Shown piece after piece: positions 7,147-14,900 of a DNA stretch of 30,008 nt; within the stretch, counting starts at the first letter, position 1; each line of letters begins with the position of its first letter. The translations under genes and the position numbers were made by a program. The notes beneath the pieces are model-generated. The model was not told the origin of the DNA and made no database searches. It saw only the letters and a program-made list of their open reading frames with translations. Source of the DNA: a virus (taxonomy: Duplodnaviria > Caudoviricetes); IMG/VR virus record IMGVR_UViG_3300030372_005657, positions 1 through 30,008 of that record. One strand, 5' to 3'.

Positions 7147-10100
7147 TAATCACTGGTATTATTGTACATCTGCAATTTATGGATTCAGAAGCAGCAGCAA
7201 AGGCTCCTGGAGCACTGCCTTTTTCACCTGTTGAAGGTACAATGAAATCATCATTTACACCTACTATTTGCCCATCGAGCTCGACATGTGTCTCTCGTAC
7301 TTTATCATCCCTGGATGAAAGCCATTCCTTTTCAATCCGTATACCTTCATTTGCAGCGGTTTGATAAGATTGGTTTGATGCAAGGTTAATCGCCTTTGTC
7401 GCCTCGGTTCGGGCTATCATTCTTGATCTGGCGATACCAAAGCCAGTAGAGTTATCCAATCCAATCGCAATTTGCCGTATAGATGCCCCGGCCAATAATC
7501 CTTGCTCTATAATCCCCTTAACATTTCTTGCCGTAGTTTGAGCCATTTGAAAAGCCGCAAGATCGATTGAGTTTTGGGCTATGTTTCGTTCACCAAACAC
7601 AAGATCGAGTGGCCTTGTTCTTTGTGCTCTTTCAAATACTCGGTCCAGTTCTTCGTTTCCCGATGCAGCCCAAACACCCAACCAAGTCGGCCCAAACTCT
7701 TGTATCAGTTTATTCACCTCTTCGCCAACGGCAAGAAGTTCCGACCATGATAGCACGGATTTTATTATATAATCATCATTCATCTTTTCTGCGTTTACAA
7801 ACTCTTTCAATCTCCGCTTATACCTCTTCTTTGCCGATTGTAGATAAAGATACATAGAGCGCTGCAACTTTCTTTCGGCTGGCTGGTGTCTCTTCTCTAA
7901 CCACTTTAGCCAAGAACGTTCCCTTGCCTTTTTATCTGATAAACGTTTCTTTTCCTTATTGATCAGCTCTTTCATATAAGACTGGCCACGTTCACCTATG
8001 ACAAACCACTTTATTTGCGCCACAGTACCCGCCAATCTAAAGTCTGCCAAGTGCCTAGCCGCCCACGCTTCCCTTTTCTTGATCGCCATCTCTTCCGTAT
8101 CAGTCTGAGCACTTTTATCCGCTCTCTTTACAATCGGTAGCAATCTTCTGTACTGGTTATTCCCTTCTATGTTGCCGCCTTTTTTCCATATACTCGGCCA
8201 ATTCTCTTTGAGGTCTTCGGCATAATCCACATCAAAGGCTCGGTACTCACTGTTCCGCAACGATATTTTTTTATCATCGCCAGCCTTAGGAAAATTTGTA
8301 ACATCTTTCTTCTGTTCTTTTTTCCACGGCGGTGTCGGGGCTTGCTCCCCAAACCTAGCATAAAGGTCTTCTATTTCATCATAAAGCCTTTCTTTATCTC
8401 GTTGAGTGGCCCCACTAAGATTATAATACCCTGCACCAAACTTCGGTTCGCCTCGCACGGAAGATCCCGCAGCAATCACACCTCTAAAAACAATCTTTAA
8501 TGTTCCATCTATTATTTTAGCGATTGGCAATCTGTAGGCTCCTGGATCACTGGAGCCGCCTCTGTTTACGAATAAGAACGCCTTTTTGTATCTATCCATA
8601 TCATCATCGTCACCCAATATCTGTCTCGCTTCTCTCTTCGTGAATCCCCAATCGCTCGACTTTTCTGCAAGTTCTAATTCCTTCCAACCAAAAATAAGGT
8701 GCTTCTGTTCTTTGTCATCTTCTGCATCTTTTAAAGGATGTTCTTTCGGTAACAGATCGGTATCGTATGGTTTTCTCCTAAACTTTCCAGTCCGTAACGC
8801 ATAAAGCAAACCATTGACACGGCCCATCGCCCATTGCGCAGCACTTGAAACACTAGGCCGTACAGATTCAGGGCTACTGTTATATGCCGCCAAACCTCTA
8901 TGATAGCTTACCGCAAGGTAATTTCCATTGGTCAATCTTTTTGCTGGCTTATCGCCATACTCTTCATTGTGCTCAGTTGATTTTTTTTTTAGAGCCTTTT
9001 GTGTAGACTCTGGTAAAGCTTCCATTGCTTCCTTGGCATTACTTTTTTTTCCGAGGTCCACCTCTGCCCGAATCATAGAGCGTAAGAGTGCATCAAATAT
9101 GCGGACATTTTGCCCATCTTCGTCACCGATATCTTCCGCTTCACTTTCTCTTTGGTCTTCTGGTATCACTGGTGCATCTTCCAAACCTTCATAATTGTAT
9201 GCATCTGCCACGTTCATACCATTCAAAATATGCTTACTTATACGATCGATCTGTCCGTTGCGAACTTCTTGCAGTGCTTCTACTCCTGAATAATCGATCT
9301 CAACTCTAAAAGAAGGGTCAAACCGTTTAGCAATTTGACTAAAAAGATGGCTCATCTTTTTGCCTCGTTTGGTTTGAACCTCCCAATAGTTCTGTGCCTG
9401 TTGGCGTGAAACAGCGTAATTTAAATCTCCAGCACCAAGTATAGAAGGGGGCACACCGAATACTGCACTAATAGCTTCTCTTGCATACGTTCTTACAGCC
9501 TGGAATTCTAGGTCACGGGGCGATATCTGCAATGGTTCGATCTTGACTTGGCCAGACAAAACCATTGCACCGCCCTCACTGCTCATTCCTCTATAGGCAT
9601 CTAAAATCGCACGTCTTTGGTCTGAATCCCATATATCAGCCTCATCAGCGGGAGATATGAGGATGTCAGGCCGTCCCTTCCTTGCTGAATCACTCGCCAA
9701 TTTCTGTGCAGATAAATCAGCCCCAATTTCTTTCTGTAATGGTTGGATACCTCCAAGGCCATACAAAGACTCAACCCCACTATGCCAGGATGCACTTTGA
9801 ACAAACACAACTCTTTCAATCGGATACTCCACTGTCGAGCCTGAATCGGTATACTCAAAGCCTTTAATACCTACCAATTGATCTGTAATAATCCGTGTCT
9901 GTTCTGGATGTAATCGGAAAAGGCTTGTCGGTTCTTGGTTCGATCCAGCCAATAAACAATAACAACCACCTGTCAGCATAAGATCCACTAAGAGTTGTTC
10001 TCTCAATGAAAAGCCATCCATGTACGAGCTCGGCTGTTCCATCAAATCTAAAAACGGGTGGTCCTCTATGATGGTTGCATTCTTTCCTTTTCCTTTTATT

Positions 10101-10333
10101 AATTTGAGAGGCAGTGCAGCTAGGTCTTGTGAAGCCCTGGATACAGCAGCAAACACATATCCATGGCTGGCAAATGCAGACATAGATATTTTTGCGGGGT
10201 ATGGATTCATTTGTCCCTGAGGTTTGGCCCAATTTGCGCCATGAGCTGGACGCTCCGGCTGTTCTTCTACTCTATAGAATGCTTTGACAATACGTTGCCA
10301 TAATGATGGTCTTTTTGCTGGAAGCTCTTTCAT
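7139..10333 (-). CDS. Portal protein fused to three internal domains and a C-terminal MuF/SPP1 gp7-like head morphogenesis domain
   Basis: N-terminal HK97 portal motifs ('VFAAVSRASQDLAALPL', 'LLVDLMLTGGCY', 'ISAVFGVPPSILG'); C-terminal 'RMIARTE', 'KEWLSSRDDKVRETH..LDGQ', 'INCRC'. Confidence 0.92.
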   Translation of the reverse strand: MKELPAKRPSLWQRIVKAFYRVEEQPERPAHGANWAKPQGQMNPYPAKISMSAFASHGYVFAAVSRASQDLAALPLKLIKGKGKNATIIEDHPFLDLMEQPSSYMDGFSLREQLLVDLMLTGGCYCLLAGSNQEPTSLFRLHPEQTRIITDQLVGIKGFEYTDSGSTVEYPIERVVFVQSASWHSGVESLYGLGGIQPLQKEIGADLSAQKLASDSARKGRPDILISPADEADIWDSDQRRAILDAYRGMSSEGGAMVLSGQVKIEPLQISPRDLEFQAVRTYAREAISAVFGVPPSILGAGDLNYAVSRQQAQNYWEVQTKRGKKMSHLFSQIAKRFDPSFRVEIDYSGVEALQEVRNGQIDRISKHILNGMNVADAYNYEGLEDAPVIPEDQRESEAEDIGDEDGQNVRIFDALLRSMIRAEVDLGKKSNAKEAMEALPESTQKALKKKSTEHNEEYGDKPAKRLTNGNYLAVSYHRGLAAYNSSPESVRPSVSSAAQWAMGRVNGLLYALRTGKFRRKPYDTDLLPKEHPLKDAEDDKEQKHLIFGWKELELAEKSSDWGFTKREARQILGDDDDMDRYKKAFLFVNRGGSSDPGAYRLPIAKIIDGTLKIVFRGVIAAGSSVRGEPKFGAGYYNLSGATQRDKERLYDEIEDLYARFGEQAPTPPWKKEQKKDVTNFPKAGDDKKISLRNSEYRAFDVDYAEDLKENWPSIWKKGGNIEGNNQYRRLLPIVKRADKSAQTDTEEMAIKKREAWAARHLADFRLAGTVAQIKWFVIGERGQSYMKELINKEKKRLSDKKARERSWLKWLEKRHQPAERKLQRSMYLYLQSAKKRYKRRLKEFVNAEKMNDDYIIKSVLSWSELLAVGEEVNKLIQEFGPTWLGVWAASGNEELDRVFERAQRTRPLDLVFGERNIAQNSIDLAAFQMAQTTARNVKGIIEQGLLAGASIRQIAIGLDNSTGFGIARSRMIARTEATKAINLASNQSYQTAANEGIRIEKEWLSSRDDKVRETHVELDGQIVGVNDDFIVPSTGEKGSAPGAFAAASESINCRCTIIPVIND

Positions 10334-10383
10334 GGGCCATGTCTCCTATATTGGAGATAATATAGCACGTTTTTAAAGAAAAT

Positions 10384-10408
10384 AAAAAAGGCGGCACTTT
10401 GGCCGCCT
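10384..10408 (-). terminator. Rho-independent terminator ending the early small-gene cassette
   Basis: aggcggc/gccgcct stem followed by a U-tract on the minus strand. Confidence 0.8.
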
Positions 10409-10430
10409 CATGTTCTTATTTATGAATAGA

Positions 10431-10625
10431 TTAACAAGCTGGCTCATATACAGTTGAACCTACCGCAATACTCCTTTGTTGTTTTAAAACCTCTTTTATC
10501 CATCTTTTATCTTCGCTTGATAACCGTTTCCAAGCTTTGTTGTCTCCTGATTTTATTATTCTAACTTTTCCAGTATCTCTGTCATGTATTCTTATTGATT
10601 CAATCATGCTCTTTATACACTCCAA
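10431..10625 (-). CDS. Hypothetical protein (64 aa or shorter)
   Basis: Co-oriented, overlaps the upstream ORF end; start uncertain. Confidence 0.55.
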   Translation of the reverse strand: MECIKSMIESIRIHDRDTGKVRIIKSGDNKAWKRLSSEDKRWIKEVLKQQRSIAVGSTVYEPAC

Positions 10626-10903
10626 AGAGCAGTGACCATATTACGAAACGCTGTAATGCATGTTTTCAAATCAGAGTCATATTCTCTTCTAAACTCTTTG
10701 AGTACAAAACTATAATAGCGTTCATGAGCTGGGCCATAACTATAATCATATAGGCGCATGCTCAAAACATCATTAAGCTTGATTCCTCCAAACTTTGCGC
10801 CCCAAAAGCCAGGGATATCTGCGTTGGCTTCAAATACTTCGGTTGTGCCATTTATATAAGCTGTGACTAGCGATGAAAGATAAGTGTTATTCTCTATTGA
10901 CAT
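10613..10903 (-). CDS. Hypothetical protein (96 aa)
   Basis: AAGGAG RBS, co-oriented. Confidence 0.75.
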   Translation of the reverse strand: MSIENNTYLSSLVTAYINGTTEVFEANADIPGFWGAKFGGIKLNDVLSMRLYDYSYGPAHERYYSFVLKEFRREYDSDLKTCITAFRNMVTALWSV

Positions 10904-10925
10904 ATTGTTGCTCCTTTTATTGTTT

Positions 10926-11129
10926 TTATTTTGTTGTGAAATATACGGCTCTTTTTGATACTAGAGTGATTTTTATATCACCACGAGCTTGCAGATCACG
11001 CAATACATAATCTTTATTTCCATAATTAGAACCGAGTTTTATGTTGTAAGTGTCTCCAGCATAAAGACTCAGTTTTCCGCCGTTTAATCTAGCGATTTTC
11101 TCTATGGTTCTTCTTTGTTGTTGATCCAT
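10926..11129 (-). CDS. Hypothetical protein (67 aa, possibly winged-helix-like)
   Basis: AAGGAG RBS directly downstream of palindrome promoter; 'VLRDLQARGDIKI' resembles a wHTH C-terminal pattern. Confidence 0.75.
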   Translation of the reverse strand: MDQQQRRTIEKIARLNGGKLSLYAGDTYNIKLGSNYGNKDYVLRDLQARGDIKITLVSKRAVYFTTK

Positions 11130-11159
11130 TTTTTGTACTCCTTTGTTGGTGTCTTCTAT

Positions 11160-11188
11160 ATATTACCAAGGTAATACCTTGGGGTCAA
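11160..11188 (-). promoter_or_regulatory. sigma70 promoter with palindromic operator as spacer (P-A)
   Basis: TTGACC-CCAAGGTATTACCTTGG(17 bp)-TAATAT, with extended -10 TG and upstream T-tract. Confidence 0.88.
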
Positions 11189-11202
11189 ATAAAAAAAAAC
11201 AA

Positions 11203-11526
11203 TCAACACTGATAATTATCTCGCATCTTCATTCTATCCGTGGCGAGTTGGAAAAGATTATCATTTAAATCAAACACTATTTGAATGTCTTCTATAGATA
11301 GAGCTTCATCACGAATAACTGCAAAGAGCAAATCATCCAGCTCGGCTTCGGTGACTTGAGTCTTATATGCATTGAGTAGATTCCTTAATCTCGCTCGGTT
11401 CTTATTCGCTTCATCCAGGAGAGGCTTAATTAAACTGGAACAATTGTGCAGCTTGGTAATATACCGTAGAATTTCTGCTTCCAACTGTTCCATTTTTTTC
11501 ACCTGTTTTGAGTCCAAAAAAATCAT
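11203..11526 (-). CDS. Hypothetical helical protein (107 aa)
   Basis: ATGA overlap with the methylase stop; coiled-coil-like. Confidence 0.7.
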   Translation of the reverse strand: MIFLDSKQVKKMEQLEAEILRYITKLHNCSSLIKPLLDEANKNRARLRNLLNAYKTQVTEAELDDLLFAVIRDEALSIEDIQIVFDLNDNLFQLATDRMKMRDNYQC

Positions 11527-12233
11527 GTATCATCAAAACAAATGGATATTTGATTATTCGGTATATTTGTGTAAATCATTTCTTTACTAACCCTACCCTT
11601 TTTTTGTGATCTTGACGTGCATAATTTTTCAAATGGCAACCAGTCTGCGCCATAGTTTTCACAAACAATAATAGATCCAAGTCGTGATCTACACCAATTA
11701 GACAAGTGACCATAATCTATTTTGCTTTTTCTATAATGGTATCCTTTGTCAATGTATGGCGGATCTATAAACCAAGTGACGCCTTGGTTTTGAATCTCAC
11801 TATAGCACGCTTTATGTATTTTCCAGTGTCGTATGTACTGTACCTGTTTTGCAGCCCTTAGCCTGTAATCACATGTATTGCTGTGACTAGCAAATGACGA
11901 TCTTCTTTTCTGTGGATATGCTGCACCTTTTGCGCACCAAAAGCCCAAGAGCGTCTTCTGCTCTTGGGCGTACCCGTTCAGATCATCAATACAATCAAAA
12001 TCAGTATCAAGGCCCATAATCTCTTTTTCTGACGCATTGATAAGATAGTCCCAGATCATGCATATATTCTCATCAAGATCATACAATACAATGTCTTTGT
12101 TATAGTACATCAGAGAGTATTGTGCAGAGCCAGCAAATGGCTCAATAATGGTTTTGTGCTGCGGGCTTGGGTACAAGCCCGCAATAATCCACTTTGAGCC
12201 ATAATAGCTAAAAAACGGCCTTAGTCGTTTCAT
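11523..12233 (-). CDS. Dam-like (alpha-group) DNA adenine methyltransferase
   Basis: 'FSYYGSK', motif I 'IEPFAGSA', 'YDLD', catalytic 'IDPPY'. Confidence 0.88.
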   Translation of the reverse strand: MKRLRPFFSYYGSKWIIAGLYPSPQHKTIIEPFAGSAQYSLMYYNKDIVLYDLDENICMIWDYLINASEKEIMGLDTDFDCIDDLNGYAQEQKTLLGFWCAKGAAYPQKRRSSFASHSNTCDYRLRAAKQVQYIRHWKIHKACYSEIQNQGVTWFIDPPYIDKGYHYRKSKIDYGHLSNWCRSRLGSIIVCENYGADWLPFEKLCTSRSQKKGRVSKEMIYTNIPNNQISICFDDT

Positions 12234-12373
12234 TTCTTGGCTATACTCTTTTTAGTGCGCTCTATTCTAAACTCTAGGTCTAGTGCAAGAATACTGTCCT
12301 TTTCCTTTACAGCCTGCTCTCTTCTCTTAATCAGCCTGGCTAGCTTTTCCTTTAAAAAATCTTTATCAGTCAT
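12230..12373 (-). CDS. Small basic hypothetical protein, 47 aa (MTDKDFLKEKLARLIKRREQ...), not in the ORF track
   Basis: Translated by hand; start overlaps the upstream stop (TAATG) and its stop overlaps the methylase ATG (ATGA). Confidence 0.75.
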   Translation of the reverse strand: MTDKDFLKEKLARLIKRREQAVKEKDSILALDLEFRIERTKKSIAKK

Positions 12374-12573
12374 TATTTTGCTTCTCCGGTCTTTGGGTTG
12401 ATTGTAACTACGTTATCAGAAAACATCATTGCTTCTCGTTCTACTTCTACTACTTCTGCGATCCAATCGAAGTTGCTAAGAATAAAATCTAAAGCATCCT
12501 TATTCTTGGGTATATAGGTCATCATACCGCTGTCATAGGTTATTACTAGTATTGTTTCATATTCATCGTTCAT
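12373..12573 (-). CDS. Small acidic hypothetical protein (66 aa)
   Basis: AAAGGAG RBS within the repeated leader. Confidence 0.75.
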   Translation of the reverse strand: MNDEYETILVITYDSGMMTYIPKNKDALDFILSNFDWIAEVVEVEREAMMFSDNVVTINPKTGEAK

Positions 12574-12851
12574 CGATCTATTCTCCTTTGTTGTTGTTGT
12601 TTATGGGGTCCAATCTTCATCGGCCCAATAAGGTCTATTAATATTCTCTGTCAAAACTTCTGCCTCTCTTATGAGTTGTTCATCAGTTATGATATTTCTA
12701 CTTCTGGCTGTAATCAGTTTTCTCATTTGGTATCGTTGTGCTGGAGTAACCATTCTCGCCCAAAGTTCCTGTATTTTTTCATTATTCCAGAGCTCATCTA
12801 ACTTTTCATAATCTATTTTTTTATAACTCATCGATCTATTCTCCTTTGTTG
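12570..12851. repeat. 24-bp direct repeat of a translation-initiation region (12570-12593, 12828-12851)
   Basis: tcatcgatctattctcctttgttg occurs twice, flanking the 76-aa ORF. Confidence 0.9.
12601..12831 (-). CDS. Hypothetical protein (76 aa)
   Basis: AAAGGAG RBS within the repeated leader. Confidence 0.75.
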   Translation of the reverse strand: MSYKKIDYEKLDELWNNEKIQELWARMVTPAQRYQMRKLITARSRNIITDEQLIREAEVLTENINRPYWADEDWTP

Positions 12852-12857
12852 GTGTTT

Positions 12858-13064
12858 TTAAAACATGTTGCCAAGCTTATCATCAAGCAACTTTTCAAGT
12901 GCATAAATGATGTTCTTCTTTTCATTCTTGGTGTAGAGTGGTGTAAATACTGCGCTATCTTCCCAAAGCAACTGCTCTTTGAGTTCTTGAATCATATTCT
13001 CTATTGTGGAAATAGCCTGGCCCCTAAAAAAGCCAACCCACTCTGCTGTAGTCATTTTTTCCAT
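12858..13064 (-). CDS. Hypothetical protein (~68 aa)
   Basis: Start moved to ATG 13064 (AAGGAG upstream) because ATG 13094 abuts the -10 box. Confidence 0.7.
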   Translation of the reverse strand: MEKMTTAEWVGFFRGQAISTIENMIQELKEQLLWEDSAVFTPLYTKNEKKNIIYALEKLLDDKLGNMF

Positions 13065-13094
13065 TATGTACTGCTCCTTTGTTTTGTCTTTCAT

Positions 13095-13123
13095 AGCTTA
13101 CCAAGGTATCACCTTGAGGTCAA
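13095..13123 (-). promoter_or_regulatory. sigma70 promoter with palindromic operator as spacer (P-B)
   Basis: TTGACC-TCAAGGTGATACCTTGG(17 bp)-TAAGCT, upstream T-tract. Confidence 0.85.
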
Positions 13124-13138
13124 ATAAAAAAGAGATTT

Positions 13139-14614
13139 TCATGAGCGGTGTTTTGTGTAACGATACAAAAAGACTATTTCATACCGTAGCGCATCCAATC
13201 CATGGTCATGCATTTTTTCTGGCACATCTTTTCCTTTGGTTTTAGACCATTTATATTTGCGGAATTCCTTTAACAGTTCTTTGCATGTTTGGAATACCAC
13301 AAGCCCAGGATTGCCCTCAGCATCAATTTTTAGTCTTTCCTTCACAAGATTTATTGTCTCAGCAACCCCATAGTGTTTAGGAGCAGCCTTTGTGTGAAGA
13401 TGGAGCTCTCTTGCCAATAAGAGTCGGCCATCCCTGGATTCAGGGTCGGCAACGATCCAACGCATTGGCCCATCTTTTGCACCAAGGGCACGAATCATTC
13501 TGCCGTTTTCTAGGGTCGTCTGTTCTGTTTTAAAATATTCCCTATAAACATAAAGCACATCATTATCCATGTCATGAGCTACCCACAAACAAGCAAAGGG
13601 ATTTTTTGTGCCGAAATCGATGCACATGTCACGGGGCCAATGTTCCGGTATATCGAACGGTTTACACGTATGCACCGCTCTATCAAACTCGGGGTAAACC
13701 AAACCACTTTGACTCGTAAAGGCACCGAACAATCGAGCTTGTTGGCTCGCTTCTGATAGATGGGATACAGCTCGTCTGAGTTTTGGACTACTGATATATG
13801 GGTTATCCAATCCAGAAATAGCATAGTGGTCAAAACCATAAGGTTTTTTATCTACAAAAATATCATATAAAAATGTTAATCCCTTTAAAGGGGTTGCCGT
13901 TATCAACACTTTGCCCTTCTTATCAATAATGCGCAGCATGCATTCCTCGAATATACCGACATCATTTGGTTCTTCGTCAATCCATACCAAACTAACTGCA
14001 GCCCCTTGAAACTTTTCACGGCCCGCATCGCAAGACAATGATACAATGCGGCCGCCATTTGGAAATTTCATCGATGCTCGGTCTTGGGCTCGCCATCTAG
14101 TATATTTTGTGCCCGTTGGTGCATACCTCTCAAGCTTTGGCCTTCCATACTCTAAGGCATCGCCATACGATAAAGCAGCATACCATACGGTTGTCGGCTT
14201 CATCGGTACTATATCATGAGGTAGACCATTTAAATTAAGCCATTCCCGTACCCACCAAGCCCCCGAGCCAGCAGCCGTAGCTACAGCCAACATAGCGCCT
14301 AGCTCGGTCTTTCCTGCTCTATTCCCACCGGTCGCAAGAAAAGCCTCATCCGTATTCGCCAATCTTAATAAAGCCTCTTGTTGTCCGGTTCGGTCCTCTA
14401 TTATGCCACATTTGGAACATCGATATTTGCCAAATGTAACCAATTCCATTTTGCCACCACATCCACGCTCTCTCGCACTATCAGATCCGTAGCCATCCCA
14501 TCGGTGGCAGTGTGGTGTCCAAAGTTGAGACATCGCCAGGGGGTAACCCTTGGCGACATTCAATAACTTTTTCCGTACCTTTAAAAACTTCTTTTTATCT
14601 TTATCTTTTAGCAC
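13139..14614 (-). CDS. terL: Terminase large subunit
   Basis: Walker A 'GGNRAGKT', Walker B 'VWIDEE', 'ITATP', nuclease 'IDFG' and 'HDHGLDALRY'. Confidence 0.95.
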   Translation of the reverse strand: MLKDKDKKKFLKVRKKLLNVAKGYPLAMSQLWTPHCHRWDGYGSDSARERGCGGKMELVTFGKYRCSKCGIIEDRTGQQEALLRLANTDEAFLATGGNRAGKTELGAMLAVATAAGSGAWWVREWLNLNGLPHDIVPMKPTTVWYAALSYGDALEYGRPKLERYAPTGTKYTRWRAQDRASMKFPNGGRIVSLSCDAGREKFQGAAVSLVWIDEEPNDVGIFEECMLRIIDKKGKVLITATPLKGLTFLYDIFVDKKPYGFDHYAISGLDNPYISSPKLRRAVSHLSEASQQARLFGAFTSQSGLVYPEFDRAVHTCKPFDIPEHWPRDMCIDFGTKNPFACLWVAHDMDNDVLYVYREYFKTEQTTLENGRMIRALGAKDGPMRWIVADPESRDGRLLLARELHLHTKAAPKHYGVAETINLVKERLKIDAEGNPGLVVFQTCKELLKEFRKYKWSKTKGKDVPEKMHDHGLDALRYEIVFLYRYTKHRS

Positions 14615-14900
14615 ACAAGTCTCTGATTTTTTTCCTTAAAACATCATAGGTCCCTGCACCTATTTTCTCCAAACCAAGAGCAATTCGAGATTGGCCCCAT
14701 GGTTGGGGGTTGTGCTTCCATCGCCATTGCGTCACGGTTGAATATGGTTCATCGATCAAACCAGAAAACTGTTCTGCTGATATATTGTTATCAGCCAGCA
14801 TACATCTAAACCAACAATTAAAAGATGAGCCAACATTCAATGAATCACTTTTTTTCGGTGGTTCTTTGGGTAGAAGAGATTTGTTAAATGAACGTCTCAT
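14601..14900 (-). CDS. Putative XRE/Cro-like HTH protein
   Basis: 'ISAEQFSGLIDEPYSTVTQWRW...P' HTH pattern; overlaps both neighbours. Confidence 0.55.
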   Translation of the reverse strand: MRRSFNKSLLPKEPPKKSDSLNVGSSFNCWFRCMLADNNISAEQFSGLIDEPYSTVTQWRWKHNPQPWGQSRIALGLEKIGAGTYDVLRKKIRDLCAKR

